Of a stretch of DNA of 64,000 bases, positions 55,784-64,000 are shown in pieces. The DNA is taken from positions 32,001 to 96,000 of IMG/VR virus record IMGVR_UViG_3300035670_000045. One strand, given 5' to 3'. The stretch comes from a virus. Below the pieces are notes generated by a model, which was not told the DNA's origin, searched no databases, and was given only the letters and a program-made list of their open reading frames with translations. How positions within the stretch are numbered: the stretch's first letter is position 1; each line of letters begins with the position of its first letter. Made by a program: the position numbers and the translations under genes.

Positions 55784-56490
55784 TGGTGTACGAGTACTTG
55801 CTCAAGTTCGCGCACGACGCCGGGCACACGAAGGCCGCTGCGGTTTCGGAGCAGGAAGCACGCGCGTCTCTCGACAGACTCGAGAACCTCGAGCGTGCTA
55901 AGCCGTCTGGCGCCCAGGTGGGCCGCTACGCTGCCGTGGGTGGGGGTGCAGCCGTGGGGGCCACCGCGCTGAAGGACCTGATCGCCAAGGGGCCTCGGGA
56001 CGTTCTCGGGGGGCCTGGGAAGCGCTTGCGCACGGTGGCGGCCAACGCGGTCGCGGGCGCCCTCACCTCGGGTGCAGTCCCGCTCGTCCGATCCCATCTC
56101 GACCAGGAAGCGGAGAAGCACAAGATCCGTGCGTTCCTGAAGCAGCCGGGGACCCCGACCCCTGGGGGGTCCCCCAAGGTCGCGGGGTGGGTGGAGTACG
56201 TCAAGCTCGCGGCCGGAGCCCCGACTCGCGGAGGGTTCATGATGGCGTCGGAGGTCCCTGCGTTCCGGCACCCGGACATCCAGCGCCCGATGCACCACAC
56301 GCGCCCTCAGCAGATCGTCGAGAAGATGGGCTCGGCCACCACACCCGCCGGCCGACTCTCGGCGTCTCGTCGTGTGGGCCTTCCGAAAGTGACGGCCCCG
56401 CCTGGGCCGGCCATCGCAGATACGGTGCCCACGTTCGGGCAGCGTCTGCCTGGTGCAAACAAGACGACCATCGGGAAAATGGGTGGGTGA
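55783..56490 (+). CDS. K-x-A-tagged glycine-zipper protein
   Basis: KFAH, KAAA, KVAG, KLAA, KMGS; AAVGGGAAVGA and AVAGALTSG. Confidence 0.7.
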   Translation: MVYEYLLKFAHDAGHTKAAAVSEQEARASLDRLENLERAKPSGAQVGRYAAVGGGAAVGATALKDLIAKGPRDVLGGPGKRLRTVAANAVAGALTSGAVPLVRSHLDQEAEKHKIRAFLKQPGTPTPGGSPKVAGWVEYVKLAAGAPTRGGFMMASEVPAFRHPDIQRPMHHTRPQQIVEKMGSATTPAGRLSASRRVGLPKVTAPPGPAIADTVPTFGQRLPGANKTTIGKMGG

Positions 56491-56507
56491 AAACGGCGTG
56501 ATGTACC

Positions 56508-56518
56508 GCGGATAAGAC
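56508..56518 (+). promoter_or_regulatory. GGATAAGA motif
   Basis: GCGGATAAGAC, hairpin GCCACGTGGC, AAGGAGGTACACATG. Confidence 0.6.
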
Positions 56519-56560
56519 TTGTGAGCGGCTGCCACGTGGCTCCGCCACAAGGAGGTACAC

Positions 56561-57154
56561 ATGACCATCAACGCCCCCGTCTACGTTTTTCCGCAGCAAC
56601 TGACCGAAGAGCAGCAGAAGGCCGTGTTCGCGTACACCCACCTGTACGCGAAGCTCGCCGCCTCCCTCTACGCGCTCGGGCCCCTCACCCACAACACCTC
56701 GCAGGAAGGAAGCGAGGTGGTGCAGATGAACGAGTGGCTCGCGGAGATCCAGATCCGCTACACCAAGTTCCGCGACGGGTTCGAGTCGCTCGACCCGCAG
56801 GTCGTGCATGACCAGTCGTGCCCCATCAAGTACATGGGGGAGATCGCGGACCACGGGCACGTCATGCGTGGGCGCATCCAAGCTCTCCGGGAGGGTTCCA
56901 CGAAGTTCGAGCTGAACGCCGAGCTCACGGCCATCGAAGCCGCCATCAAGAAAGCGGAGTCCGACGGGCTGGACTCCGACATCAAGTGGCCCCTGTTCCA
57001 GCAGACGTGGGCACGGCGTGCGAACGAGTTCCTGCGTGACAACGCTCACGTGTCCCGGGCGTTCAGCTTCTTGACCCTGACGGAGTACTTCGTCAATACG
57101 GCGAAGTTGCCCGCGCTGGCGAAGCGCATGCTTACCCATCCCTTGGGGGTATAA
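56561..57154 (+). CDS. Hypothetical protein (cassette-type leader)
   Basis: Strong SD, 197 aa, helical. Confidence 0.7.
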   Translation: MTINAPVYVFPQQLTEEQQKAVFAYTHLYAKLAASLYALGPLTHNTSQEGSEVVQMNEWLAEIQIRYTKFRDGFESLDPQVVHDQSCPIKYMGEIADHGHVMRGRIQALREGSTKFELNAELTAIEAAIKKAESDGLDSDIKWPLFQQTWARRANEFLRDNAHVSRAFSFLTLTEYFVNTAKLPALAKRMLTHPLGV

Positions 57155-57155
57155 T
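57148..57155 (+). promoter_or_regulatory. GG-TATAAT 6 nt before the sigma factor ATG
   Basis: GG TATAAT ccggcc ATG(57162). Confidence 0.65.
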
Positions 57156-57161
57156 CCGGCC

Positions 57162-57923
57162 ATGTCCAAGGTCGACGAGTTCCTGGAAGCGAAGCTGGCT
57201 GCTGGTGAAAAGCGGCGGCAACAAGAGCTCCAACACCTCGAGCAATGGCGGGAGTCGAAGGACCCTGCGCACCTCAAACCCTTGCTCCAGTCGTACGCCC
57301 CGGTCATCGCCGGGGCGATGCGGATGTACAAGGCGCCCGACGTGCCCGAGTCGGCCATGCGGGCGGAGCTCACGGAGATCGCGATCAAGGCTTTCGAAAG
57401 CTACGACCCGACGCGTGGAGCACAGCTCAACACCCACGTTCAGAACCACATGAAGAAGTCCATGCGGTTCAACGGCAAGTACCAGAACGTGGGGTACATC
57501 CCGCCGGAGCAGACCCAGTGGATCGGCAAGATCCAGCGCGCGCAGTCCGACTTGCAGGACTCGCTGAACCGTGCTCCGACGGACCACGAGATCGCCCAGC
57601 ACGTAGGGAACGGGTTGACCCCCCACATGGTCACACGCGTCAAAGGCAACCTGCGGGCAGACATCAACACGTCCGCGTTCGAGGAGGACCCGTTCGAGCA
57701 TGACGGGGCACGGGACCAGGAAGTGCTGTCCCTCCTGCCTTTGGCACTCGGGCCCAAGGACAAAGAGGTGTTCGCTTACCTCTACGGGGACAAGCAGGAC
57801 AAGGCCCCCATGCTCGGGGGTCGAGTCAACATGGGGGCGTTGGCGAAACAGCTCAACATGAGCAGCTCGCAGATCTCCCGATCCCACAAGGTCATCAAGG
57901 ACACCTACAAGAAGTACAGGTAA
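57162..57923 (+). CDS. Phage sigma-70 family factor (FliA/SigF-like domain layout)
   Basis: Region 2 IKAFESYDPTRGAQLNTHV, region 3 LNRAPTDHEIA, region 4 HTH LAKQLNMSSSQISR. Confidence 0.85.
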   Translation: MSKVDEFLEAKLAAGEKRRQQELQHLEQWRESKDPAHLKPLLQSYAPVIAGAMRMYKAPDVPESAMRAELTEIAIKAFESYDPTRGAQLNTHVQNHMKKSMRFNGKYQNVGYIPPEQTQWIGKIQRAQSDLQDSLNRAPTDHEIAQHVGNGLTPHMVTRVKGNLRADINTSAFEEDPFEHDGARDQEVLSLLPLALGPKDKEVFAYLYGDKQDKAPMLGGRVNMGALAKQLNMSSSQISRSHKVIKDTYKKYR

Positions 57924-57926
57924 CCG

Positions 57927-57936
57927 AGGATAAGAA
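57927..57936 (+). promoter_or_regulatory. GGATAAGA motif
   Basis: AGGATAAGAA then GGAGG SD. Confidence 0.6.
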
Positions 57937-57953
57937 AGCTGGAGGATTCCTAC

Positions 57954-58145
57954 ATGCAACTCGCCAGCTTTCTCTGCCTCGATGCCTACCGATTCACCGC
58001 GAAGCATGACCGCGCTGGGTACACCGTGACCGCTGTGCCCAAAAATCCGGGACCCGGGAAGAAAGGGTACGTGGTGTGCGCGGCCGACCTGGAAGCCGCG
58101 AGCAAGGAGCTCTACACAATGCTGGGCGTTCCTGTCCAGAAGTAG
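57954..58145 (+). CDS. Small hypothetical protein (cassette gene)
   Basis: 63 aa between the motif and a terminator. Confidence 0.65.
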   Translation: MQLASFLCLDAYRFTAKHDRAGYTVTAVPKNPGPGKKGYVVCAADLEAASKELYTMLGVPVQK

Positions 58146-58153
58146 CGCTTCGA

Positions 58154-58184
58154 GCGCGCACCTCCGGGTGCGCGTTTTTTAGCT
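58154..58184 (+). terminator. Hairpin + TTTTTAGCT
   Basis: GCGCGCACC...GGTGCGCGT-TTTTT-AGCT. Confidence 0.75.
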
Positions 58185-58190
58185 CCCTCC

Positions 58191-58198
58191 GGGATAAG
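58191..58198 (+). promoter_or_regulatory. GGGATAAG motif
   Basis: Followed by GGAGG and ATG 58215. Confidence 0.6.
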
Positions 58199-58214
58199 TC
58201 CCCTGGAGGTGCAC

Positions 58215-59330
58215 ATGCACAACGATCCGACGTACGTGGCGAAGATGGTTCAGCGGTTCTTCGAGGACGGTGAGGCCCAAGCGAGCAAGCTTGTCGCCAA
58301 CATCCGGGAAACGGTCATTCAGGACTACCTCGTGGCGCCGAGTCAGATGACGTTCCAACGCATGGAGAACGAGCAGCTTGGGCTCATGATCCCGATCCCA
58401 GGTCGACCCGTGACCCTGACGGTCCACAGCCATGCGCTCAGCCAGCTGTGCCAAAAGGTGGAAGTGCCCGGCGCGTACGTCCGGAAGCTGCTCCAGCGTG
58501 AGGCCAAGTGGGCGACGTCCCTGGCCGCTGCGAACCTCCAGGTGTGCTACCAGAACACGCCGGTCCCCCCGAACACGAAGTACCTCCACCGCGTCGTACG
58601 CGGAGAGCTCCGCGGGTTCCTGTCCCGTCGGTACAACCGGGACCTGGCGTCCGGGCCTCTCCTCGCCAAGTTCATGTCGGTCTGCCAAGAGGTGGGGGCC
58701 CGGCCCGTGAACGCCCGGTTCAACGCGGTGAAGAACGCCCTGATGTGTGCTCAGCCCCAAGCGTACGACGTCGGCGGGTCGTCCCCCGTCCTCATGGGGG
58801 TGGAGTGGGCGAACAGCGACTTCGGCTCGGGCCGGCACACCATCTCGTTGGCGGTTTGGACCACTAGCGGGAGCAAGTGGGTGCTGCAGGACGCGCTGAG
58901 CCAGGTACACATCGGCGGCATCATCAAGGACTCCGAGCTCGAGATGTCCGACCAGGTGCACGCTGCGGAGCTGGAGGCCCAATCTCTGGCCACCCGGGAC
59001 GTGATCCTGCAGCAGCTCAGCCCCGAAGGGATCGAGCGCGTCCTCGACGGGCTGAGGAAAGCACACGAGGAGCAGGTGGGGTGGGCCCAGATTCGCTCCA
59101 CCCTGGCGGGGTACCTCAACACGACGCAGCTTGGGGAAGCGAAGAACCTGTTCGACGAGGGAGTCGAGTACCTCCCCCCAACGAGGAACGGAAACACCTC
59201 CATGGCGTGGGCCCTCGAGGTGCTGGGGCACTTCGCCAAGAAGCAAGACTCGGAAGAGCGCAAGACCGAGCTCGAGGGTGCGGCGGGAATGGTGCTCGGA
59301 AAGTACATCCAGGTGAAGCAAGCGAGCTAG
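58215..59330 (+). CDS. DUF932-like protein
   Basis: HALSQLC......Y, RGFLSRRY, NSDFGSG and H.G motifs resemble DUF932 phage/plasmid proteins. Confidence 0.55.
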   Translation: MHNDPTYVAKMVQRFFEDGEAQASKLVANIRETVIQDYLVAPSQMTFQRMENEQLGLMIPIPGRPVTLTVHSHALSQLCQKVEVPGAYVRKLLQREAKWATSLAAANLQVCYQNTPVPPNTKYLHRVVRGELRGFLSRRYNRDLASGPLLAKFMSVCQEVGARPVNARFNAVKNALMCAQPQAYDVGGSSPVLMGVEWANSDFGSGRHTISLAVWTTSGSKWVLQDALSQVHIGGIIKDSELEMSDQVHAAELEAQSLATRDVILQQLSPEGIERVLDGLRKAHEEQVGWAQIRSTLAGYLNTTQLGEAKNLFDEGVEYLPPTRNGNTSMAWALEVLGHFAKKQDSEERKTELEGAAGMVLGKYIQVKQAS

Positions 59331-59331
59331 T

Positions 59332-59562
59332 ATGCTGGGCATGTCCCAAGCAGACCGAGACAAACGTCTGGACGAGCTTCTCGCGGCCGTGAATACCTAC
59401 GCGGACAAGCGGACGAAAGAGATCAACGACCGTGTGGCCCTTGCGAAGCGCATTCTGAAGGGCCGTACGGGGTCAGAACGCCTTGCAAACGCAGCAAACA
59501 ACGCTGCCAAATCAGCGGTCATCGAGTCCATCGATGACTTCCTAACCGGAGGAAACGGATGA
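59332..59562 (+). CDS. Hypothetical protein
   Basis: Helical; start may be 59341. Confidence 0.6.
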   Translation: MLGMSQADRDKRLDELLAAVNTYADKRTKEINDRVALAKRILKGRTGSERLANAANNAAKSAVIESIDDFLTGGNG

Positions 59563-59825
59563 GAAAAGTGGAGTTGGAAGATGTGGATCGCACGAAGCTC
59601 GAGAACCTCCGGCTTCGTGGTCGAAACCTGGAGCTCGAGATGCTCCAGCTCCGGAACCAGTCCACCGCCCTTGCCAAGAAGCGGGAAGATCTGCTCGTCG
59701 AGATGCAGGTCGTCCGAAAGTCGTTCCAGGAGAAGTACCAGATCGATTTGGGAACGGAGATGGTCAACGACCAGGGGTACGTCGTCCCCAACCCTGTCCC
59801 GCTCGTCGATCCCCAGGTAAAGTAG
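59559..59825 (+). CDS. Small coiled-coil protein
   Basis: GGAGG SD. Confidence 0.65.
   Translation: MRKVELEDVDRTKLENLRLRGRNLELEMLQLRNQSTALAKKREDLLVEMQVVRKSFQEKYQIDLGTEMVNDQGYVVPNPVPLVDPQVK
59816..59823 (+). promoter_or_regulatory. GG-TAnnnT element 6 nt before ATG
   Basis: GG TAAAGT agaggg ATG(59830). Confidence 0.5.
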
Positions 59826-59829
59826 AGGG

Positions 59830-60819
59830 ATGCTCACCACGGTCCTCTCCCCCAGCACGCACCAGATCGAGCTCCACATCGCCACCCCACTGTCGGAATG
59901 GCAGGGAAAGTGGACGCATGTCGAGGTCTGGCGCTCGGTGCTGGGGGAGGGGGGTCCGTACGAGCCCCTTTTTAGCCATACGGAGCTGCCTGCCAGGGTG
60001 CCCGTATACGGCGGGGACCGCACCACGCTCGATGGGGACACCGTGGACCTGACCGGGAAGACCCTCTCGTTGAAAATCGGGCAAACGCCGTGGGAGTTTG
60101 CTTACCCCGGCCCCTACCCGATGACCGTAAAGGCGTTGGCCGTACAGCTCGAGCTCGCCTTGCCCGTTAGGGCTTGGGTGGACTCTGACCGCCGCCTCGT
60201 ACTCGAGACGATTCAGGTCGGTGGGACCGCGCTCCTGGAGGTTCTACCGAGCGAGGCAGCAACGCTCCTTGGCCTCCCTACGTCCTCCCCGTCGAACATC
60301 TCCGCTGGAAAGCGCCGACCCTACGCGCTCGACCCTATGGAGCAGGAGCTCGTCGTAGCGGACCCGTTCGGAGACGATTCGTACTTCTACCAGAGCAGGT
60401 ACACGGACGGGGCCCTCGTCAGCGCCTGGTCCACCCCGGTATCTGGGCTCACGTCCCGACGGGAGGTCCCCGCCAGCAGCCTGGCGGTCGGGTACGTGCG
60501 CCTCTTTCAGGCGGGGGTACCCACCGCCGGACGTCGCGTTGTCGTACACCCCGTCCGAACACCGGATCCTGAGGGGGATTGGGCGGAGATCCAGCTACCC
60601 TTGGAGGGGCTGACGGATGGGGACGGGCGGGTGGAGTTCCAGTTGATGCGTGGACGTACGTACGACGTGTCCATCTCGGGCACGGGAAGCATCCGACGGG
60701 TCCGAGTCCCCATGACGGGGGCCGGGCCGTACTACCTCCTGGGGCCCGAGCTCGCTGTCGATGACGGCATGAGCATCCACAAGCTCGACATCGGATACGC
60801 TGACCGCCGAAACCCCTAG
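59830..60819 (+). CDS. Probable virion structural protein
   Basis: Sheath-insert-like AATLLGL domain and TDGDGRVEF.L.RG..Y.V Ig/carboxypeptidase-regulatory-like strand pattern. Confidence 0.6.
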   Translation: MLTTVLSPSTHQIELHIATPLSEWQGKWTHVEVWRSVLGEGGPYEPLFSHTELPARVPVYGGDRTTLDGDTVDLTGKTLSLKIGQTPWEFAYPGPYPMTVKALAVQLELALPVRAWVDSDRRLVLETIQVGGTALLEVLPSEAATLLGLPTSSPSNISAGKRRPYALDPMEQELVVADPFGDDSYFYQSRYTDGALVSAWSTPVSGLTSRREVPASSLAVGYVRLFQAGVPTAGRRVVVHPVRTPDPEGDWAEIQLPLEGLTDGDGRVEFQLMRGRTYDVSISGTGSIRRVRVPMTGAGPYYLLGPELAVDDGMSIHKLDIGYADRRNP

Positions 60820-60827
60820 GAGGCCAC

Positions 60828-61697
60828 ATGTACTCGACGGTCAACCTCTACGCGATCGACAGCGTGACTCTGCTGCCTCTGCCGAACGCGGTGTTCAAGG
60901 TCTTGGATGCCACGAACCAGCAGCCGGTGGTGCTGCAAACGAGCTCAGCGGACGGGTCCGTGGGGCTCCTCCTCCCCGTAGGCGAGTACGAGGTGCGCGT
61001 GTTCCACTTCGGGACCGACTTTCACGGACCTCGACGGATTCAGGTGCAAGCAGACATCGAGTCCTTCGACTTCCCGGGAGAGAGGTATCACCCCACCGCG
61101 TCTCTCGATGCTCGCCTGTGTGTCGTGCACGGGCACTTTCGCCATTCCGACGGGCGGCCCTACAAGAACCTGGACCTACATGTGACCCCGCTGTTCGCGC
61201 CGATTTTGGTGGACGATGCAGCCGTTATGGGGGAGGACATGGTGGTCCGGACGGACGAGCGAGGCTGGGTACGCCTGCCCCTGATTCGTGGGGCAAAATA
61301 TCAGATCGATCTCGAAGGATACGACCACGGCCAAAAGACCGTGTACATTCCAGATGCAGCTCAATGGAATTTGCCGGACATCCTCTTCCCCCGCGTAGTG
61401 GCCTTGGAGTTTACGGACGCCGTCCGCCCTGTAGCGGTCAGTGTGGGGGAGGATGTCGAGCTGGATGTGAGTGTGGTGCTGTCCGATGGGCGTCGGGTCC
61501 CGCCTACGAGCCCAGACGTTCAATGGGCCAACAGCGATTCCCAGAAGCTGTACTACAGCTTTACGCCGACCTCCGTCATCCTTCGCGGCCTGGCTGCGGG
61601 GGATGTCACGCTTACAGCAACGTGCACCGCAACGAGCGTGTATTCCATCCCGCATCGGGACCTAACGGGGTCGCCCATCGACATTCGCGTGGCGTAA
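60828..61697 (+). CDS. Ig-like/carboxypeptidase-regulatory-like domain virion protein
   Basis: PLPNA...TSSADG.....L..GEY; RTDERGW...LIRGA.Y; VQW.NSD...G...LTAT. Confidence 0.65.
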   Translation: MYSTVNLYAIDSVTLLPLPNAVFKVLDATNQQPVVLQTSSADGSVGLLLPVGEYEVRVFHFGTDFHGPRRIQVQADIESFDFPGERYHPTASLDARLCVVHGHFRHSDGRPYKNLDLHVTPLFAPILVDDAAVMGEDMVVRTDERGWVRLPLIRGAKYQIDLEGYDHGQKTVYIPDAAQWNLPDILFPRVVALEFTDAVRPVAVSVGEDVELDVSVVLSDGRRVPPTSPDVQWANSDSQKLYYSFTPTSVILRGLAAGDVTLTATCTATSVYSIPHRDLTGSPIDIRVA

Positions 61698-61711
61698 CCC
61701 CCACCACACTC

Positions 61712-62395
61712 ATGAATTGGGAGCGCCAACTCCTGAGCCTGCTGTTCTTCGACTTGGCGCTGCGCGTGTCGGACTTGCTCGTTCGGGTGACGACGCCATT
61801 GCCGGACACCCTTCCGCCTGCACCTCCGATGTCCCAGTCGGAGGTGCTAGCGCTTTGTGCGGACGTGGGTGACCTACGAGAGACCCCGAAAAAAGCACGG
61901 GAGCGCTCCTCGAAGAGAAGAAAGGCGAGCTCAGCGCCTCCAAGTGATAGGTCACCTCCCCTGCCAGAGACCCCGGCGTCCGACCTGAGTGATTCGGACC
62001 AACTGGTACAAGACGCCGTGGGGGCTAGGACTCTGCTGGTCGAGGTCATGAAGCGTGCGGCATACGATTGGGTGCTGTACCGCTCGAGCACCCGGTTGCC
62101 GCAAAAGAAGCTCGCGGAAGACGCTTACATCTGGCTTTTCCTGGAGCAGGAAGGGCACCTTCACTGGCGGCAGCGACAAGACTCCGAGAAGCAGGTCACC
62201 TCGTTCCTGGCCATCTGCGAGGTGTTCGACCTGGACCCAGAGGACATGCGTCGCAGATTTCGTACGCTCACACCAAGTAGGGTGCTGTCGTTCGGGCGGC
62301 CACCCAGCAAGACGCGAGACGAGGGGCATGGTACGGAGCTCCGGTCGTTCGTCGACTTGCCTCCCGAAAACGAAGAGTTCTTCGACGGCGGTTAG
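61712..62395 (+). CDS. Hypothetical protein
   Basis: C-terminal LL..V...A..D...A..WLF...SF..ICEVFDLDPE.MR domain; start inferred. Confidence 0.6.
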   Translation: MNWERQLLSLLFFDLALRVSDLLVRVTTPLPDTLPPAPPMSQSEVLALCADVGDLRETPKKARERSSKRRKASSAPPSDRSPPLPETPASDLSDSDQLVQDAVGARTLLVEVMKRAAYDWVLYRSSTRLPQKKLAEDAYIWLFLEQEGHLHWRQRQDSEKQVTSFLAICEVFDLDPEDMRRRFRTLTPSRVLSFGRPPSKTRDEGHGTELRSFVDLPPENEEFFDGG

Positions 62396-62396
62396 C

Positions 62397-62404
62397 GGTA
62401 AGAT
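62397..62404 (+). promoter_or_regulatory. GG-TAnnnT element 6 nt before ATG
   Basis: GG TAAGAT gccccc ATG(62411). Confidence 0.55.
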
Positions 62405-62410
62405 GCCCCC

Positions 62411-64000
62411 ATGTTCTCGGACGAGGAAATCCAGTCGGTCGTAGAGAAGTTGCTCCCGTCGACCGTCGCCCGTGGGTACACCGCGCTCGGGACTCGACGC
62501 ACCAGCCAACAACTGAGTAAGATCCAACAGTCGGCGGCTGCAGTACTGCTGCTCTACCCTGACAGCCCCTACTACCTGGCCAGCTTGCTCGCGTCCGACA
62601 TCGTGGGCGACGTTCGGGCACTGGGGGAGCGGTGTGCTCGGGTCACTTCACTGGTCGCCGCATTGCGACGACGCAGTGTGCCCGTGAACGACATCTCCGC
62701 AATGAGCAACGCCCGGGCAGCTCTTGTGGAGCTCGAGTCCGTAGTCCAGGGAGAATCCCCGTCGGACATCTCGAAGGTCCCGTCGTTCAATCGGTTCGAG
62801 CTCAACGTCAACCGGTTCCTGAAGAAGGTCGCCAGCAACGTGCGACAGAAGGGCCAGGTGGTCTACACCCGAGAGGAGGCCCACCAGCTGCTCCCGTCAG
62901 AGATCGAGCAGCTTTTGAGCTCGTTGGAGGCGCTGATTCAGCGGGTAGACGACCTCGCGAACGCACAGGCGGATTACCACGAGGTCGACCTGGCGCGGCG
63001 TGTCAGTACCCAGGTAGTCCAAAACGCGCGCTCCGTGCTGGCCGCCCGGGAGGCAGAGCTCTCTGCGCTGGGGCCCCAAGAGCGACTCAGCACCCTGCGG
63101 GAAGCAGTTCTCGAGCTCCTCGCGGTCAAGGGTGTCGTACGCACGTTCGGGTCGTTCCCGAAGCCGTCTCAGGGCATCGAGCTGTTTGGCCAGGGTGGCC
63201 CGTTCGCGGACAGCACCCGCCCAGCTACGGGAGGGGAGATCACCTGTCGGCCGGGCCCGTACTACATGACGCGTGGGAACACCGAGGGGGACAGTCGTAA
63301 CCTGCTCTACCTGCGCCTGGGCGGCCCCGTGCGGCGGATCGCCCTCACGGCGTCCATCGCTGGCGCCACTGTCACGAGGGGGAGTGGCAGCTTCCTCTCG
63401 GATGGGGTTGCTGTGGGGGACCGCGTCTACGTGACCTCGGGCCCGAGCGCCGGGGCAGTCCGACGGATCGACTCCGTAGGGGCCACTACGCTGACGTACT
63501 CCGGGGCCGTGCTGCCTCCGGGTAGCGCATCGATCTCCATCATCGTTGCGCCGGATGTGTTGTTGTACCTTCCGGCTACCCCGTTGCCCACTCTGCGCGG
63601 ATCCGCATTCGGCACGCTCACCGTGGTCGCCGGTACAAACGACAGCATGCGGTTTCGAGTCAACGGAGGTGCGCCGGTCAATGCCACGTTCCCGGTTGGG
63701 CCTCAGACCACAACCACCTTGGCTACCGCCATTGCGACAGCACTGACAGGCTCTCCGTTCACTGCCGGTACGTACTTCTTGACCATGGGGTTCGAGGGCC
63801 CCGTGATCGTGTCGGGCAACAACTTGACACTGAGCTACGGGAACTTCCCGCCGCTCATGCAAGTAGGCGACAGGGTACGGTTCATCGTGGGAGAGAACGC
63901 TGGAATCGAGCGTACGGTGACTGCGCTGTCGCCCAGCCCATCGAACTGCACCACGGTCACAGTCAGTGGGGGTGCCCTGAGCGCGGCACTAAGCGACCAC
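62411..64000 (+). CDS. Large virion (baseplate/fibre-like) protein, truncated by the window end
   Basis: Frame MFSDEEIQSVVEKLLP... absent from the ORF track, consistent with no stop inside the window; later Thr/Gly-rich beta repeats. Confidence 0.65.
   Translation, partial: MFSDEEIQSVVEKLLPSTVARGYTALGTRRTSQQLSKIQQSAAAVLLLYPDSPYYLASLLASDIVGDVRALGERCARVTSLVAALRRRSVPVNDISAMSNARAALVELESVVQGESPSDISKVPSFNRFELNVNRFLKKVASNVRQKGQVVYTREEAHQLLPSEIEQLLSSLEALIQRVDDLANAQADYHEVDLARRVSTQVVQNARSVLAAREAELSALGPQERLSTLREAVLELLAVKGVVRTFGSFPKPSQGIELFGQGGPFADSTRPATGGEITCRPGPYYMTRGNTEGDSRNLLYLRLGGPVRRIALTASIAGATVTRGSGSFLSDGVAVGDRVYVTSGPSAGAVRRIDSVGATTLTYSGAVLPPGSASISIIVAPDVLLYLPATPLPTLRGSAFGTLTVVAGTNDSMRFRVNGGAPVNATFPVGPQTTTTLATAIATALTGSPFTAGTYFLTMGFEGPVIVSGNNLTLSYGNFPPLMQVGDRVRFIVGENAGIERTVTALSPSPSNCTTVTVSGGALSAALSDH

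Noticed and set aside
1-64000. Stop-codon reassignment, tRNA genes or a diversity-generating retroelement
   Set aside because: Genes end normally in TAA/TAG/TGA with tight packing; I saw no cloverleaf, reverse transcriptase or adenine-variable repeat pair.

Overview
The whole window is a segment of a large, high-GC, contractile-tailed (myovirus-type, probably jumbo) phage genome; no host genes, rRNA, tRNA or CRISPR are visible. Order: terminase large subunit; a head module (HK97-type prohead protease, scaffold-like and internal head proteins, probable decoration protein, major capsid protein); neck and fibre-associated genes; tail sheath and tube; small hypothetical genes including a tail-assembly chaperone with a -1 slippery site, a GroES-like co-chaperonin and a GNAT; an inverted island of single-gene cassettes (39.7-42.5 kb); tape measure and baseplate genes; an intein-containing SNF2 helicase with an appended kinase-like domain; a sigma-70-family factor; and more structural genes running off the end. 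Three patterns stand out. (1) A family of head-module proteins is punctuated by a K-x-A(S/A/G) motif, often preceded by an F/Y-containing helix (e.g. AFDEELQKIAS). The motif separates apparently swappable modules (glycine-zipper hairpins, a ferritin-like domain, a kinase-like domain), suggesting a protease-tagged virion cargo/polyprotein system. (2) Cassettes are bounded by a GGGATAAGA upstream motif and a hairpin-TTTAG(C/G)T terminator, and one cassette appears non-coding. (3) A second promoter class, GG-TAnnnT, lies 6-7 nt upstream of start codons (leaderless mRNAs). All product calls come from motif recognition and synteny by eye; no searches were run.
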